From Candidatus Calditenuis fumarioli (GTDB lineage: Archaea > Thermoproteota > Nitrososphaeria_A > Caldarchaeales > Calditenuaceae): 64,000 nt of DNA. Made by a program: the position numbers and the translations under genes. A model generated the notes under the pieces. It did no database searches. It was not told the origin of the DNA and saw only the letters and a list, made by a program, of their open reading frames with translations. Below are positions 36,439 through 45,143 of this stretch, one piece after another; positions within the stretch are counted from its first letter, which is position 1, and the number at the start of each line of letters is the position of its first letter. The stretch spans positions 384,001-448,000 of the forward strand of contig JANVYR010000001.1 in the NCBI GenBank assembly GCA_030059665.1. Reading direction: 5' to 3'.

Positions 36439-36536
36439 GCCGGGGTCCCATAGCGGCCATTGGGGCGGCCTGGAGAGCTTGCCTGAAAGCCGCTGCCCCG
36501 TTGAGGGGCGCGCGGGTTCGAGTCCCGCCCCCGGCG
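36439..36536 (+). tRNA. tRNA-Ser(GGA) with a 12-nt intron at canonical 37/38 (36476-36487); CCA not encoded
   Basis: Folded by hand: acceptor GCCGGGG/CCCCGGC, discriminator G73, D-arm CCA/TGG, anticodon stem GCGGC/GCCGC, long variable arm GCCCC/GGGGC, T-arm GCGGG-TTCGAGT-CCCGC. AAAAAATAGG promoter-like element upstream. Confidence 0.93.
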
Positions 36537-36610
36537 CTTAAACGGTTTCTGACCTCGAGACGCGGTTTCAGTTACAATCATAAATTGAGAGGGAGGAGTC
36601 CGGAACGCGG

Positions 36611-37507
36611 TTGAGCGGCTCAGCGCAGGCCCCATCCACATCGCTGGTCACCGCGGTTAGGACCTACTTCGTCCTCACGAAGCCCAACGTCTGGTGGCTC
36701 CTCGTCTTCACGGGTATCGGCGGTTACTTCGCCGGATCCTCGGGCACCTTCGACCCGATTACGTTCGCCCTGACCGCTGCATCCCTCAGCGCGGCCTGCG
36801 CAGGTGCCGAGACGGTCGCGAACTACCTCGAGCGGGACATCGACGCGGTCATGACCAGAACCAGGAGGAGGCCCCTGCCCTCGGGGAAGATCACTCCACC
36901 GGAGAGGGCCCTGTACTTCGGCCTCCTGCTCACGGCTACGGGCATCGCCCTCTCGTCCCTGATCAACCTCTACGCCCTGGCATTCACGGTCTTCGGGGTT
37001 CTCGACTACGTGGTGGTCTACGTCATGTTGACAAAGAGGAGGACGCCGCTCAACGTGATCCTCGGCAGCTTCTCGGGCGGCGCGCCTGCGCTGATCGGCT
37101 ACACCGCCGCCACCGGCTTCCCGGACGTCTACGGCTGGCTTCTGGCAGCGCTGGTCGTGCTCTGGATACCCTCACACGTCTGGAGCCTGGCGATGAAGTA
37201 CCGCGAGGACTACAGGAGGGCTGGCGTTCCCATGTTGCCCGTCGTGATCGAGGAGCGGAAGGCCATACGGTGCATCGTCTCGACCGTCGTCCTGCTCGTC
37301 GCCTTCTCCCTCGCCCTGCCCATCGCAAAGCCCTCCCTCGGGCCGCTGTACCTCTCCGTTGCCGCACTGCTGGGAGGGGCTCTGCTCTTCCTCAGCATCA
37401 GGACGGCTCTCAGGCCGACCTTCGAGAACTTCTGGAGGCTCTTCAAGTTCACGAGCCCGTACCTTGCGGTGCTGTTCGCGGCGATAGTCCTGGAGGCCCT
37501 TCTGTGA
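36611..37507 (+). CDS. ctaB: Protoheme IX farnesyltransferase (heme O synthase)
   Basis: LTKP, NYLERDIDAVMTRTRRRPLPSG, KRRTPLN and WIPSHVWSLA..YREDY..AGVPMLP. Confidence 0.93.
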   Translation: MSGSAQAPSTSLVTAVRTYFVLTKPNVWWLLVFTGIGGYFAGSSGTFDPITFALTAASLSAACAGAETVANYLERDIDAVMTRTRRRPLPSGKITPPERALYFGLLLTATGIALSSLINLYALAFTVFGVLDYVVVYVMLTKRRTPLNVILGSFSGGAPALIGYTAATGFPDVYGWLLAALVVLWIPSHVWSLAMKYREDYRRAGVPMLPVVIEERKAIRCIVSTVVLLVAFSLALPIAKPSLGPLYLSVAALLGGALLFLSIRTALRPTFENFWRLFKFTSPYLAVLFAAIVLEALL

Positions 37508-37518
37508 CGTAGTCCGGT

Positions 37519-38136
37519 GTGCATAGGGTTTTGAGTTTGGAGGAACCCCATGAGGCGGGCGAGGTGCTCCTGCTGAAGCCGGAGGCTCTGGACGCGCTGG
37601 TCGAGGCAGGTCTCCTGAGGAGGGAGGACGCGGTGAGGAGCATCGGTCTGAGCGTGAACGGCGACGGCTCGGTCGATGCCCAGGTCCTCGAGGCCGATGG
37701 TGAGACATTCCGTGTTGCCGACAGGGTCAGGTCGGGTCTCGAGCTGCCCTTCAGGCCCTCATCGTTCAGGCTCCTATCGGTGACCTACGACGGACGCGAG
37801 GTCAAGAAGCTGAGATCGCTCATGCTCGAGTCCAACCGCATCCTCGTCGAGGGAGGGCTGCTGCTCCTGAAAGCCGGGCTTCAGAGGGACGAGGTTCCCC
37901 GCTTGCTGCTGACCACCGGTTTCGCGTCCACCGATCCGCAGACCGTCGCGGGGTACCACGTGGGCGTCAAGGTCTGGAAGAGCTACGTGAGGAACCGGTG
38001 CCCGAGGTGCGGCAGCGAGCTCACGATCCCCCTGATCCCGGAGGACAGCACCTCCATCAGGATATGGTCCTTTTACTGCAGCAGCTGCGGTTACGTCTGG
38101 AACTCGGAGGAACCGGTGCTCAGGTACTCGTTCTGA
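37519..38136 (+). CDS. Hypothetical protein with C-terminal Zn ribbon
   Basis: 205 aa with CPRCG...CSSCGYVW; start uncertain. Confidence 0.7.
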   Translation: MHRVLSLEEPHEAGEVLLLKPEALDALVEAGLLRREDAVRSIGLSVNGDGSVDAQVLEADGETFRVADRVRSGLELPFRPSSFRLLSVTYDGREVKKLRSLMLESNRILVEGGLLLLKAGLQRDEVPRLLLTTGFASTDPQTVAGYHVGVKVWKSYVRNRCPRCGSELTIPLIPEDSTSIRIWSFYCSSCGYVWNSEEPVLRYSF

Positions 38137-38734
38137 AGCTCGGCTTACCCACTCCAGACGCGAACGCCTCGGTCGAGGGCATCACTATCGTCCCCTCCTC
38201 GGGATTCCCCAGCTCGACGGTCAGCCCGATGTCGTGGAGGTAGGCGATGAGCGCGCAGGTCATCGCGTCGACCTCGTCAACGGTCAGACTACGCTCCACG
38301 CGGAGCCCCAGCCGGGACGCAACGAGATCCGCGACTTTCTTGTCGGGCCTCCGGCCTCTTCCGACCAGACCCATCGTCCTCTGCGCCCCACGAGGGTAGA
38401 CCTCGATGACCCTCAGGCCCTTCTCCCTGAGGGCTGACGCGATCCGGGACCCCCTCTCGGTCAGCAGCCTCATCGGCCCCATCGTCGGCGGCAATATTGG
38501 GACGCCGAGCCTCCTCACCTCCAGGTCGCACCGCCTCAGGCCCCTCCCGGACCTCGGTGACGTCAGCGGCGCGTCGATCGCAACAGCTTCCGGAGCAGAT
38601 CGAAGTACCAGATCCACGAGCTCTTCGTCTGTCAGCACGCTGTGGAACTCGAGGGAGACACCTACCCTCGCAACGCACACCGCGGTGGGCCGCCTCTCGG
38701 TGCCGCTGAGGTCGATGCCGACGTAGACTCTCAC
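38120..38734 (-). CDS. DUF429 family protein (RNase H-like predicted nuclease)
   Basis: VGIDLS, AIDAPL, RRCD, IEVYP and DEVDA motifs. Confidence 0.82.
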   Translation of the reverse strand: MRVYVGIDLSGTERRPTAVCVARVGVSLEFHSVLTDEELVDLVLRSAPEAVAIDAPLTSPRSGRGLRRCDLEVRRLGVPILPPTMGPMRLLTERGSRIASALREKGLRVIEVYPRGAQRTMGLVGRGRRPDKKVADLVASRLGLRVERSLTVDEVDAMTCALIAYLHDIGLTVELGNPEEGTIVMPSTEAFASGVGKPSFRTST

Positions 38735-39819
38735 CTGCGCTCCCCGGTTCCAGCTTCTCCCGGAGGTCTCCTCGAGAGCTGGATCAGCTCCTCGACGTGC
38801 TCGGGCCTCTTCGCGCCGACCAGCGTGCAGTCCGAGGCCGACCTGGCGAACTGGATCAGGTGCTGCGCGAGCGTCATGCCGGGCGGTGGCTTGAGGTTGA
38901 CGCGCCTGAGCAGACGGCCCTCCAGCAGGGGGGCGCTGGTAACCACGACGAGCGAGAGCTTCCTCGCGGCCTCGACGGGTGTGAGGAGCTCGCCTTCGAC
39001 CTCCTGGTTCCTCAGGGTCACTGCCTCCGGCATCGCGACGTTCAGCGGCAGCTGGACGAACCTCAGCCCGTGATTCTTACCGCCGACCGAGAGGGCGCAC
39101 TCGACGGCCCTCTGCAGGTCGAGGTGCTCCTCCGCGTCCCTCTCAACCCTGAGGGAGCTCCAGGTCGCGAGCCCGTACCACCCGATCAACCCCTCGGACC
39201 TCAAATCCTCCAGCTTCGCGAAGGCCTCGGTCAATCTGGCGTACGTCGCCTCCCTCCCGAAGACCGGGACCTGATGCTCCATGACGTTGTGGAGGTAAAC
39301 CACGTCCAGCACCTCGAGGTCTGTGTTGGCCCTGCTCTTCCGGACGCTCCACTCCACGTACCTCGGAGAGATGGAGTGGATGCCGCCCGCGACTTCTGAG
39401 GGGCTGACGACGCCGGCCCTGAAGAGCCTCTCCTCGACGTAGTCGATGAAGGACCTCCTCTCCCGCGAGTCGTGCGTCAGGTAACCGGCTTTGGTGCAGA
39501 CCAGAATTGCTCTCCTCTCTGCGATATTGGATTCCACGAGCCTTCGGATAGCCCTCCCGACCGCTGCCTCCGCCCGCATGAACCTGTAGTTGATCGCTGT
39601 GTCGATCACGTTCACCGCACCCGACGAGACGAGCCTGAAGACCGCCTCCTCCACGAGCGAGTCCGTCGCGTCGTCCGGCTCCCCGAGGTAAGTGCCGATT
39701 CCGAGGCTGCTGATAGACCCGATAGGCGTCTCCCTGTAGTGCCCCTCAGCGACACCCATCCCCCTCGCGAGCTCCGCGAAGGCCCTGGAGGACGAGGCCG
39801 TGAAAGCGCCAGGGATCAT
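38731..39819 (-). CDS. Aldo/keto reductase
   Basis: LGIGTY, IDTAINY, VCTKAGY, DVVYLHN and VQLPLN motifs. Confidence 0.88.
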   Translation of the reverse strand: MIPGAFTASSSRAFAELARGMGVAEGHYRETPIGSISSLGIGTYLGEPDDATDSLVEEAVFRLVSSGAVNVIDTAINYRFMRAEAAVGRAIRRLVESNIAERRAILVCTKAGYLTHDSRERRSFIDYVEERLFRAGVVSPSEVAGGIHSISPRYVEWSVRKSRANTDLEVLDVVYLHNVMEHQVPVFGREATYARLTEAFAKLEDLRSEGLIGWYGLATWSSLRVERDAEEHLDLQRAVECALSVGGKNHGLRFVQLPLNVAMPEAVTLRNQEVEGELLTPVEAARKLSLVVVTSAPLLEGRLLRRVNLKPPPGMTLAQHLIQFARSASDCTLVGAKRPEHVEELIQLSRRPPGEAGTGERR

Positions 39820-39904
39820 GCAGGTCGGCTGCGCCTCGATCTCTTTGGGTTTTCGGCCATGAACCCGAGGCTCCTCCGCGAGCCCTCACGGACCACGTGA
39901 TTCC

Positions 39905-40201
39905 TCATAGTAGGGCGTACTCCTCCCTCGTCCAGGGGTCGAGGATCCGGAGCCTGCCGTACTTGGGCCTCACCGCGAGCAGCACCTTGGCGCCGGAGAC
40001 GCGGGATACCTCGCTGAGCTTCTCGAGCTCCTCGTGCGAGGGCCTGTCGTTGTACTTGCACTCGACCAGAACAGCCTGACCGCCCTTGATGCAGACCAGG
40101 TCAACCGGCTTGCTCCCCGCGGCCCTCACCACCAGCCAACCCCTCGAGGCGAAGAGGTCCCTCACCTCGTACTCTAACCTCCTACCCCTTTTGTAGCTCA
40201 T
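39905..40201 (-). CDS. hjc: Holliday junction resolvase Hjc
   Basis: YKRGRRLEYE...GWLVVRAAGS.PVDLV...VECK (PD-D/ExK). Confidence 0.9.
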   Translation of the reverse strand: MSYKRGRRLEYEVRDLFASRGWLVVRAAGSKPVDLVCIKGGQAVLVECKYNDRPSHEELEKLSEVSRVSGAKVLLAVRPKYGRLRILDPWTREEYALL

Positions 40202-40319
40202 CCGAGGACCGTTTTCGCCCGGCGGATATCACGTTTTCCCGAAAACCGTTACAGCTGGATCGGCAGGATGCGGTGATCGCGCGGAACGTAAATTGATCGG
40301 AGGCTCCGAACGCTCTGGG

Positions 40320-41894
40320 ATGCGGTTCGAGGACCTCGTCCTGAGGGCAATCGTCTTCATCGCTGGTGCGGTGGTCATGGTCGTGGAGCTGGCGGGTGGC
40401 AGGGCGATAACCGCGCTCTACGGGAGCTCCGCGGTCGTCTGGGGCGGGGTGATCGGCGTTGTTTTGACCGCGCTCTCCTCGGGCTACTGGATCGGCGGCC
40501 GCCTCTCGGACAGGTTCGACCCGAGGAAGGTGGTGATCGCGATGGCCCTGGTTGGTGGGATCTACGTGACGGCCCTCCCGACCGTGACCGCGCTCGCCTC
40601 ATCCGTATTCAGGTTCGAGCTGCTGGAGGAAAGGATCGGATCGGTCCTGAGCGCTTCGATCGTGACCGGAGTTCCGTCGCTGCTGTTGGGAGCTGTCGTC
40701 CCGGCGGCGGTCAAGCAGATCGGTCAGGGAAGGCAGGAGCTCGGAACGGTCTCTGGTAACGTCTACGCCCTCTCGACGCTCGGCAGCATCGCGGGCACCT
40801 TCGGGACCACATTCTTCCTGTTGCAGTACCTCGAGGTGAACTCGATCTTCCTGCTCTCGGGCCTGACCCTCTCCGCGATCGGTCTTGTGGGAGCCGTCCG
40901 CCACCCGGGGATGCTGAAGGCCGGGGCAATCGCGGTGGTTCTCTCGGTGCTGGTCACCTCCCCTTCCTTCCTGGTCTGCACCTCCGCGTACATCGGTGAC
41001 GTGAAGTACGTCGGCGACTCGGCCTACTCCAGGATCGTCGTGGTCGAGAGGGCTGGCACGAGGCTGCTCTACATCAACGGCCTCCTCCACAGCGGCATGG
41101 TCATCGGCGTCCCCGATTCGCTGCCCTTCGCGTACACCAGGTTGTTCGTTCTGGGTCCCCTCATCAACGGGAAGACCAGGAACGCCACGGCGCTCTTCAT
41201 CGGCGGCGGGGGCTTCTCGGGCCCCAAGTTCTTCGCGAGCCATTACCCAGGAATGAGGATAGTGGCGGTTGAGGTCGACGAGAAGGTGGTGGAGGTGGCC
41301 CGCAGGTTCTTCCACCTCGACGAGTTCAGCGACAGGATAGAGGTCGTCGTCATGGACGGGAGGAGGTATCTGATGGTGACCGATGCGGTTTTCGACGTGG
41401 TGGTGCTCGACGCCTACTCCAAGAACTACATACCGTTCCACCTCGCGACGTCCGAGTTCTTCGGCCTGCTCAGATCGCGGGTCAGGGAGGGTGGCGTGGT
41501 CGTCTCGAACGTAATCGCCTCGCTCGCAGGGCCCACATCGGCCATCCTCTGGGCCTACGTCAGGACCCTCACCCAGCACTTCCCCCACGTCCTGATCGTT
41601 CCCGTCTCGAGCGGTGACCCGTATGACGTTCAGAACGTGATCGTGGTCGCGAGCGATGCCCCACTTCCGGACACCAGGACCCTGCTCGACCGCGCATCGA
41701 CCGATCCCGTTGCGTCCCAGCTGGGGCTCGAGGGGCCCATCTCCAGGGCCTTCGTCCCCTCACACGACCTATCTCAGTTTCCGCTGCTCACCGACGGCTA
41801 CTCGCCCATCGAGAACCTGATGAACCCGGTGACGATGTCCCGCTTCGGGGAGCGTTACACGACCGGCCTCGGATCGCCCTCCCTCTGCGCCTGA
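40320..41894 (+). CDS. Membrane domain fused to a spermidine-synthase-like SAM-dependent domain
   Basis: About seven N-terminal TM helices (GxxxGxVYAxSTLGSIAGT), then LFIGGGG, VEVD, DGRRYL and DVVVLDAY. Confidence 0.85.
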   Translation: MRFEDLVLRAIVFIAGAVVMVVELAGGRAITALYGSSAVVWGGVIGVVLTALSSGYWIGGRLSDRFDPRKVVIAMALVGGIYVTALPTVTALASSVFRFELLEERIGSVLSASIVTGVPSLLLGAVVPAAVKQIGQGRQELGTVSGNVYALSTLGSIAGTFGTTFFLLQYLEVNSIFLLSGLTLSAIGLVGAVRHPGMLKAGAIAVVLSVLVTSPSFLVCTSAYIGDVKYVGDSAYSRIVVVERAGTRLLYINGLLHSGMVIGVPDSLPFAYTRLFVLGPLINGKTRNATALFIGGGGFSGPKFFASHYPGMRIVAVEVDEKVVEVARRFFHLDEFSDRIEVVVMDGRRYLMVTDAVFDVVVLDAYSKNYIPFHLATSEFFGLLRSRVREGGVVVSNVIASLAGPTSAILWAYVRTLTQHFPHVLIVPVSSGDPYDVQNVIVVASDAPLPDTRTLLDRASTDPVASQLGLEGPISRAFVPSHDLSQFPLLTDGYSPIENLMNPVTMSRFGERYTTGLGSPSLCA

Positions 41895-41927
41895 ACCCAC
41901 TTCCCGTTACCGACAGGAGAGCCTATA

Positions 41928-42623
41928 TTGACCTCGACAGTTCCGGTTTTGAGGGCCGGTCTGTTGTCCGCCTTAGGATCGCTGGTCGAGCGCCTCCTCG
42001 CGGCCCACGGCATAGTTTACGAGGTCACCAGGAAGGATGGTCTCACCGAGATCAGGTCAGAGAGGGTAGTCGCCAGGTTCTCGGCCGACGGAGGGTTCTC
42101 GGTCTCGTTCCGTGACGGCACCGAGCTGCGCGGAGCCGGCCTTGTGGTGGAGGAGGGTGTGGCGACGGTGAAGGTCTCCGAGGGCGGCCTGAGCTTCGAC
42201 TATGCCCACTTCCTGCCGCACATAGAGAAGTGCTCGACGCTGCACGGCCACACGGCCACGGTCTCCGTCGACGTCACAGGTCCCAAGAGGACCGAGGGGT
42301 ACGTGATGGACTTCGGCGTCCTGAAGCGATTGGTGAAGTCGGTGATAGACGAGCTGGACCACAGGATTGTCATCTCGCCGAAGTACGTCAGGGACGTCCG
42401 GGACGGCAGGTACCTGATCTCCTTCGATGGACTGGGCGGGAGCTACGACCTCTGGGTCCCCCAGTCGAGGGTGGCCCTGATCGAGGGCGACTCGACGGTC
42501 GAGAACATATCGGCCCACATAGCCCGCAGGCTGATCGAGTCGATCCCTGTAAGGCCCGTGCTGGTCAGGGTGACCGTGAGCGAGGGCGTGGGGAAGTACG
42601 CGGTAGCGGAGCTTCTGCGATGA
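41928..42623 (+). CDS. queD: 6-carboxy-5,6,7,8-tetrahydropterin synthase QueD with N-terminal extension
   Basis: FDYAHFL, LHGH, MDFGVLK, LDH and STVENI; start uncertain (TTG 41928 or a later GTG). Confidence 0.85.
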   Translation: MTSTVPVLRAGLLSALGSLVERLLAAHGIVYEVTRKDGLTEIRSERVVARFSADGGFSVSFRDGTELRGAGLVVEEGVATVKVSEGGLSFDYAHFLPHIEKCSTLHGHTATVSVDVTGPKRTEGYVMDFGVLKRLVKSVIDELDHRIVISPKYVRDVRDGRYLISFDGLGGSYDLWVPQSRVALIEGDSTVENISAHIARRLIESIPVRPVLVRVTVSEGVGKYAVAELLR

Positions 42624-43279
42624 GCTCCGTCAGCAGGCTCGGATACCTAGTGCTGCTATCGGGTGGGATCGACTCGGCTACGGCTCTCTACCTCGTCAGA
42701 AGGAACGCCGCGAGGTGCTCGACCCTCTCGATCCTCTACCACCGGAGGAACAGGCGCGAGGCTGAGGCTGCGAGGGCGATCGCCGAGGCGGCGGGCGTCG
42801 AGGAGCACGTAGAGCTCGACCTGGGATTCCTTCGCGAGGCGGTGGACTTGGGCGCCCAGATCAGGGCAGAGGTCGAGAGCCACGGTGCACCGCTCACCCT
42901 CATCCCCTTCAGGAACCTCGTCTTCTACTCCGTCGGCTGCTACTGCGCCTGGATAAGGGGTCTTGACAGGGTCGTTGCGGGCCACAACGCCGAGGACTCG
43001 CAGCTCTTCCCCGACGTCGGCCGGAACCTTCTGAGCAGCTTCAACGAACTGGTCGGGTCGATGCTGCCGTGGCGCAGGGTTGAGGTCGAGGCCCCTCTGA
43101 TGGGCTTGAGCAAGCTGGAGGTCGTTAGGCTGGCTCTGGAGCTCGGGGTGCCGCTCGAACTCACCTGGAGCTGCTGGAAGGAGGGCGAAGTCCACTGCGG
43201 CGTCTGCGAGGGATGCAGGAAGAGGAAGGAGGTCTTCAGGGAGCTGGGCATCAGGGACAGGACAGAGTACGCCGAGTGA
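42620..43279 (+). CDS. queC: 7-cyano-7-deazaguanine synthase QueC
   Basis: Start ATG 42620 (ATGA overlap with queD); LSGGIDS, IPFRNL, FPD and TWSC...HCGVCEGC. Confidence 0.9.
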   Translation: MSSVSRLGYLVLLSGGIDSATALYLVRRNAARCSTLSILYHRRNRREAEAARAIAEAAGVEEHVELDLGFLREAVDLGAQIRAEVESHGAPLTLIPFRNLVFYSVGCYCAWIRGLDRVVAGHNAEDSQLFPDVGRNLLSSFNELVGSMLPWRRVEVEAPLMGLSKLEVVRLALELGVPLELTWSCWKEGEVHCGVCEGCRKRKEVFRELGIRDRTEYAE

Positions 43280-43289
43280 GGTCGAGTCG

Positions 43290-44759
43290 TCAGGTGGGCC
43301 TCAGCAACCTCACCTTCCTGACCCTCACGGAGGGGCCTCCGAACCACACGGGTATCGCCTGCATGGGCTCACCCTTGCCGCAGTAGCCCGCGGTCATCTC
43401 CAGGTCCTTGCCTACTGCGTCGATGGAGGAGTAGAGGCCCTTCGTCGTTATCTCGAGGATCGGTTTGTAAACTGGCTCAGCGAGACGGCCGTTCCTGATC
43501 AGGTACGCCTCGACGCCCGTGTAGCGCTGGTTCCACCTCTTGTCGTCGATGTTCCACTCGGAGTAGGTCTTGATGTAGACGCCGAAGGAGATGCCCTCGA
43601 TCAGCTCCTCAAGCGAGTGGTCGCCTGGCTTCATGTAGGTGTTCGCCATCCTCACGATGGGCTCCCGGTCGTAGGCGCTCGCCCTAGATGCGCCGTTGCT
43701 CTTGGTTCCGAGGACGGCCGCGGTCTCCCGGTTCTGGAGGAGCTCCCTCAGCACGCCCCGCTCGATCAGAACCCTCTCCCTCGCCTTGACGCCCTCCTCG
43801 TCGTAGAGGTAGAAGCCGTAGGAGCCCGGAAGCGTGGGGTCGTCGACGACCGTGACCGCATCGGATCCTATCCTGGTACCCAGGAGGTCCGGCTTGATGT
43901 AGGTCTCGCCGGCCTGAGCCGCCTCCCTTCCGAGCATCCTATCGGCCTCTCCGGGATGGCCCGCCGATTCGTGGCAGATCAACCCGACCACCTCTGGTCC
44001 GAGGACGACGTCCATCTCACCCTCAGGAGGCGCAATGCCCTTCCGGAGAACCAGGCCAACGGCCTCCGCGTCCTCCCTCAGGTAGTCGTCGAGCCTCCAC
44101 CTCTCGAACCCCTCCCACCCCCTGGACTCCCCTAGGTCCTTGTGCCTGAAGATCGACCTGCCGTCGGAGGCGAGCTGGTAGAAGAAGCTGATTGCGACCC
44201 TAGGGATCCAGGAGTAGACGTCGGCACCGTCAGAATTGATGACGTGCTTCTCCGTGTGGCCGCAGGTGAGGCCGATGAACCTAGATGGCGCCTCCACCCC
44301 CGAACTCCGGGCCCCCTCAAGCAGCCCCTGATCAGCGGCCCTCAGCGCCTCCACCCTGTCCTGGACGTCGACGTGCTCGAACCTCACCCTCGGCCTGACC
44401 AGCACTTTGTCTTTCCCGAGGTTTTCCTCGCTCATCTCAATGGGCCTCTTCACGAGCCTCGCCGATGCCCTTGCCAGCGCCACAGCCCTCTCGACGGCGT
44501 TCCTCACCGAGTTCTGCTTCAGCCTGTTGGTGGACGCGAACCCCATCGCGCCGTTGACGATGACCCTGACGGCGATGCCCGAGTTGACCGAGCTTCCTCC
44601 AGCGACGGGGAAACCGTTCCTGAGGCTCACCTCCTCGTGGTAGTCGAGCTGATACCTCGCCTCAGCGTAGCTCGCGCCGAGCGAAAGGGCCTTCTCGACC
44701 GCCGACCTCAGTAGGTCCTCCGGAGTCCCTCCGCGCTCCTCCTCTCCACGTCTCGCCAC
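43290..44759 (-). CDS. tldD: TldD/PmbA family metalloprotease (TldD type)
   Basis: HESAGHPGEAD (HExxxH), DDPT...YDEEG, PIVRMANT and CGKGEPMQ. Confidence 0.9.
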   Translation of the reverse strand: MARRGEEERGGTPEDLLRSAVEKALSLGASYAEARYQLDYHEEVSLRNGFPVAGGSSVNSGIAVRVIVNGAMGFASTNRLKQNSVRNAVERAVALARASARLVKRPIEMSEENLGKDKVLVRPRVRFEHVDVQDRVEALRAADQGLLEGARSSGVEAPSRFIGLTCGHTEKHVINSDGADVYSWIPRVAISFFYQLASDGRSIFRHKDLGESRGWEGFERWRLDDYLREDAEAVGLVLRKGIAPPEGEMDVVLGPEVVGLICHESAGHPGEADRMLGREAAQAGETYIKPDLLGTRIGSDAVTVVDDPTLPGSYGFYLYDEEGVKARERVLIERGVLRELLQNRETAAVLGTKSNGASRASAYDREPIVRMANTYMKPGDHSLEELIEGISFGVYIKTYSEWNIDDKRWNQRYTGVEAYLIRNGRLAEPVYKPILEITTKGLYSSIDAVGKDLEMTAGYCGKGEPMQAIPVWFGGPSVRVRKVRLLRPT

Positions 44760-45019
44760 CCCGAGCTCACCTCTTCCGCCATCCTCCTCGCGGTCTCAGT
44801 TATGGACTTTGCCCTCTCCAGCATCTCGGAGAGCTCTGGCCTGAGGTCGTCGGGAAGCTCGGGGTCCTTGAGGGCGTCCAATAGCGCGGCCGTCAGCTCC
44901 TCCGCCTTCGATTGGACGAAGTCGAGCCTCGATCCCGACCTGAGGAAAGACTCCAGGAGCTTGATCGTCTCGCGCGCCTCCTCGACGAGCCCCGTTAAAC
45001 TCTTCGCCCGTTCCGGCAT
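44708..45019 (-). CDS. Small helical hypothetical protein
   Basis: 103 aa, E/L/R-rich, coding-like; overlaps the tldD start by 52 nt. Confidence 0.55.
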   Translation of the reverse strand: MPERAKSLTGLVEEARETIKLLESFLRSGSRLDFVQSKAEELTAALLDALKDPELPDDLRPELSEMLERAKSITETARRMAEEVSSGWRDVERRSAEGLRRTY

Positions 45020-45143
45020 CCTCGTCCATCAACTGGAGAGATCACCGTGTAATATGGATTCCCGGACCAACCGGCCCTTGCAGCAGGACGCACCTACATA
45101 TCGGCTGAAGCGGTGTTGTCTCAGGATGCGGGAAGGATTCCCG

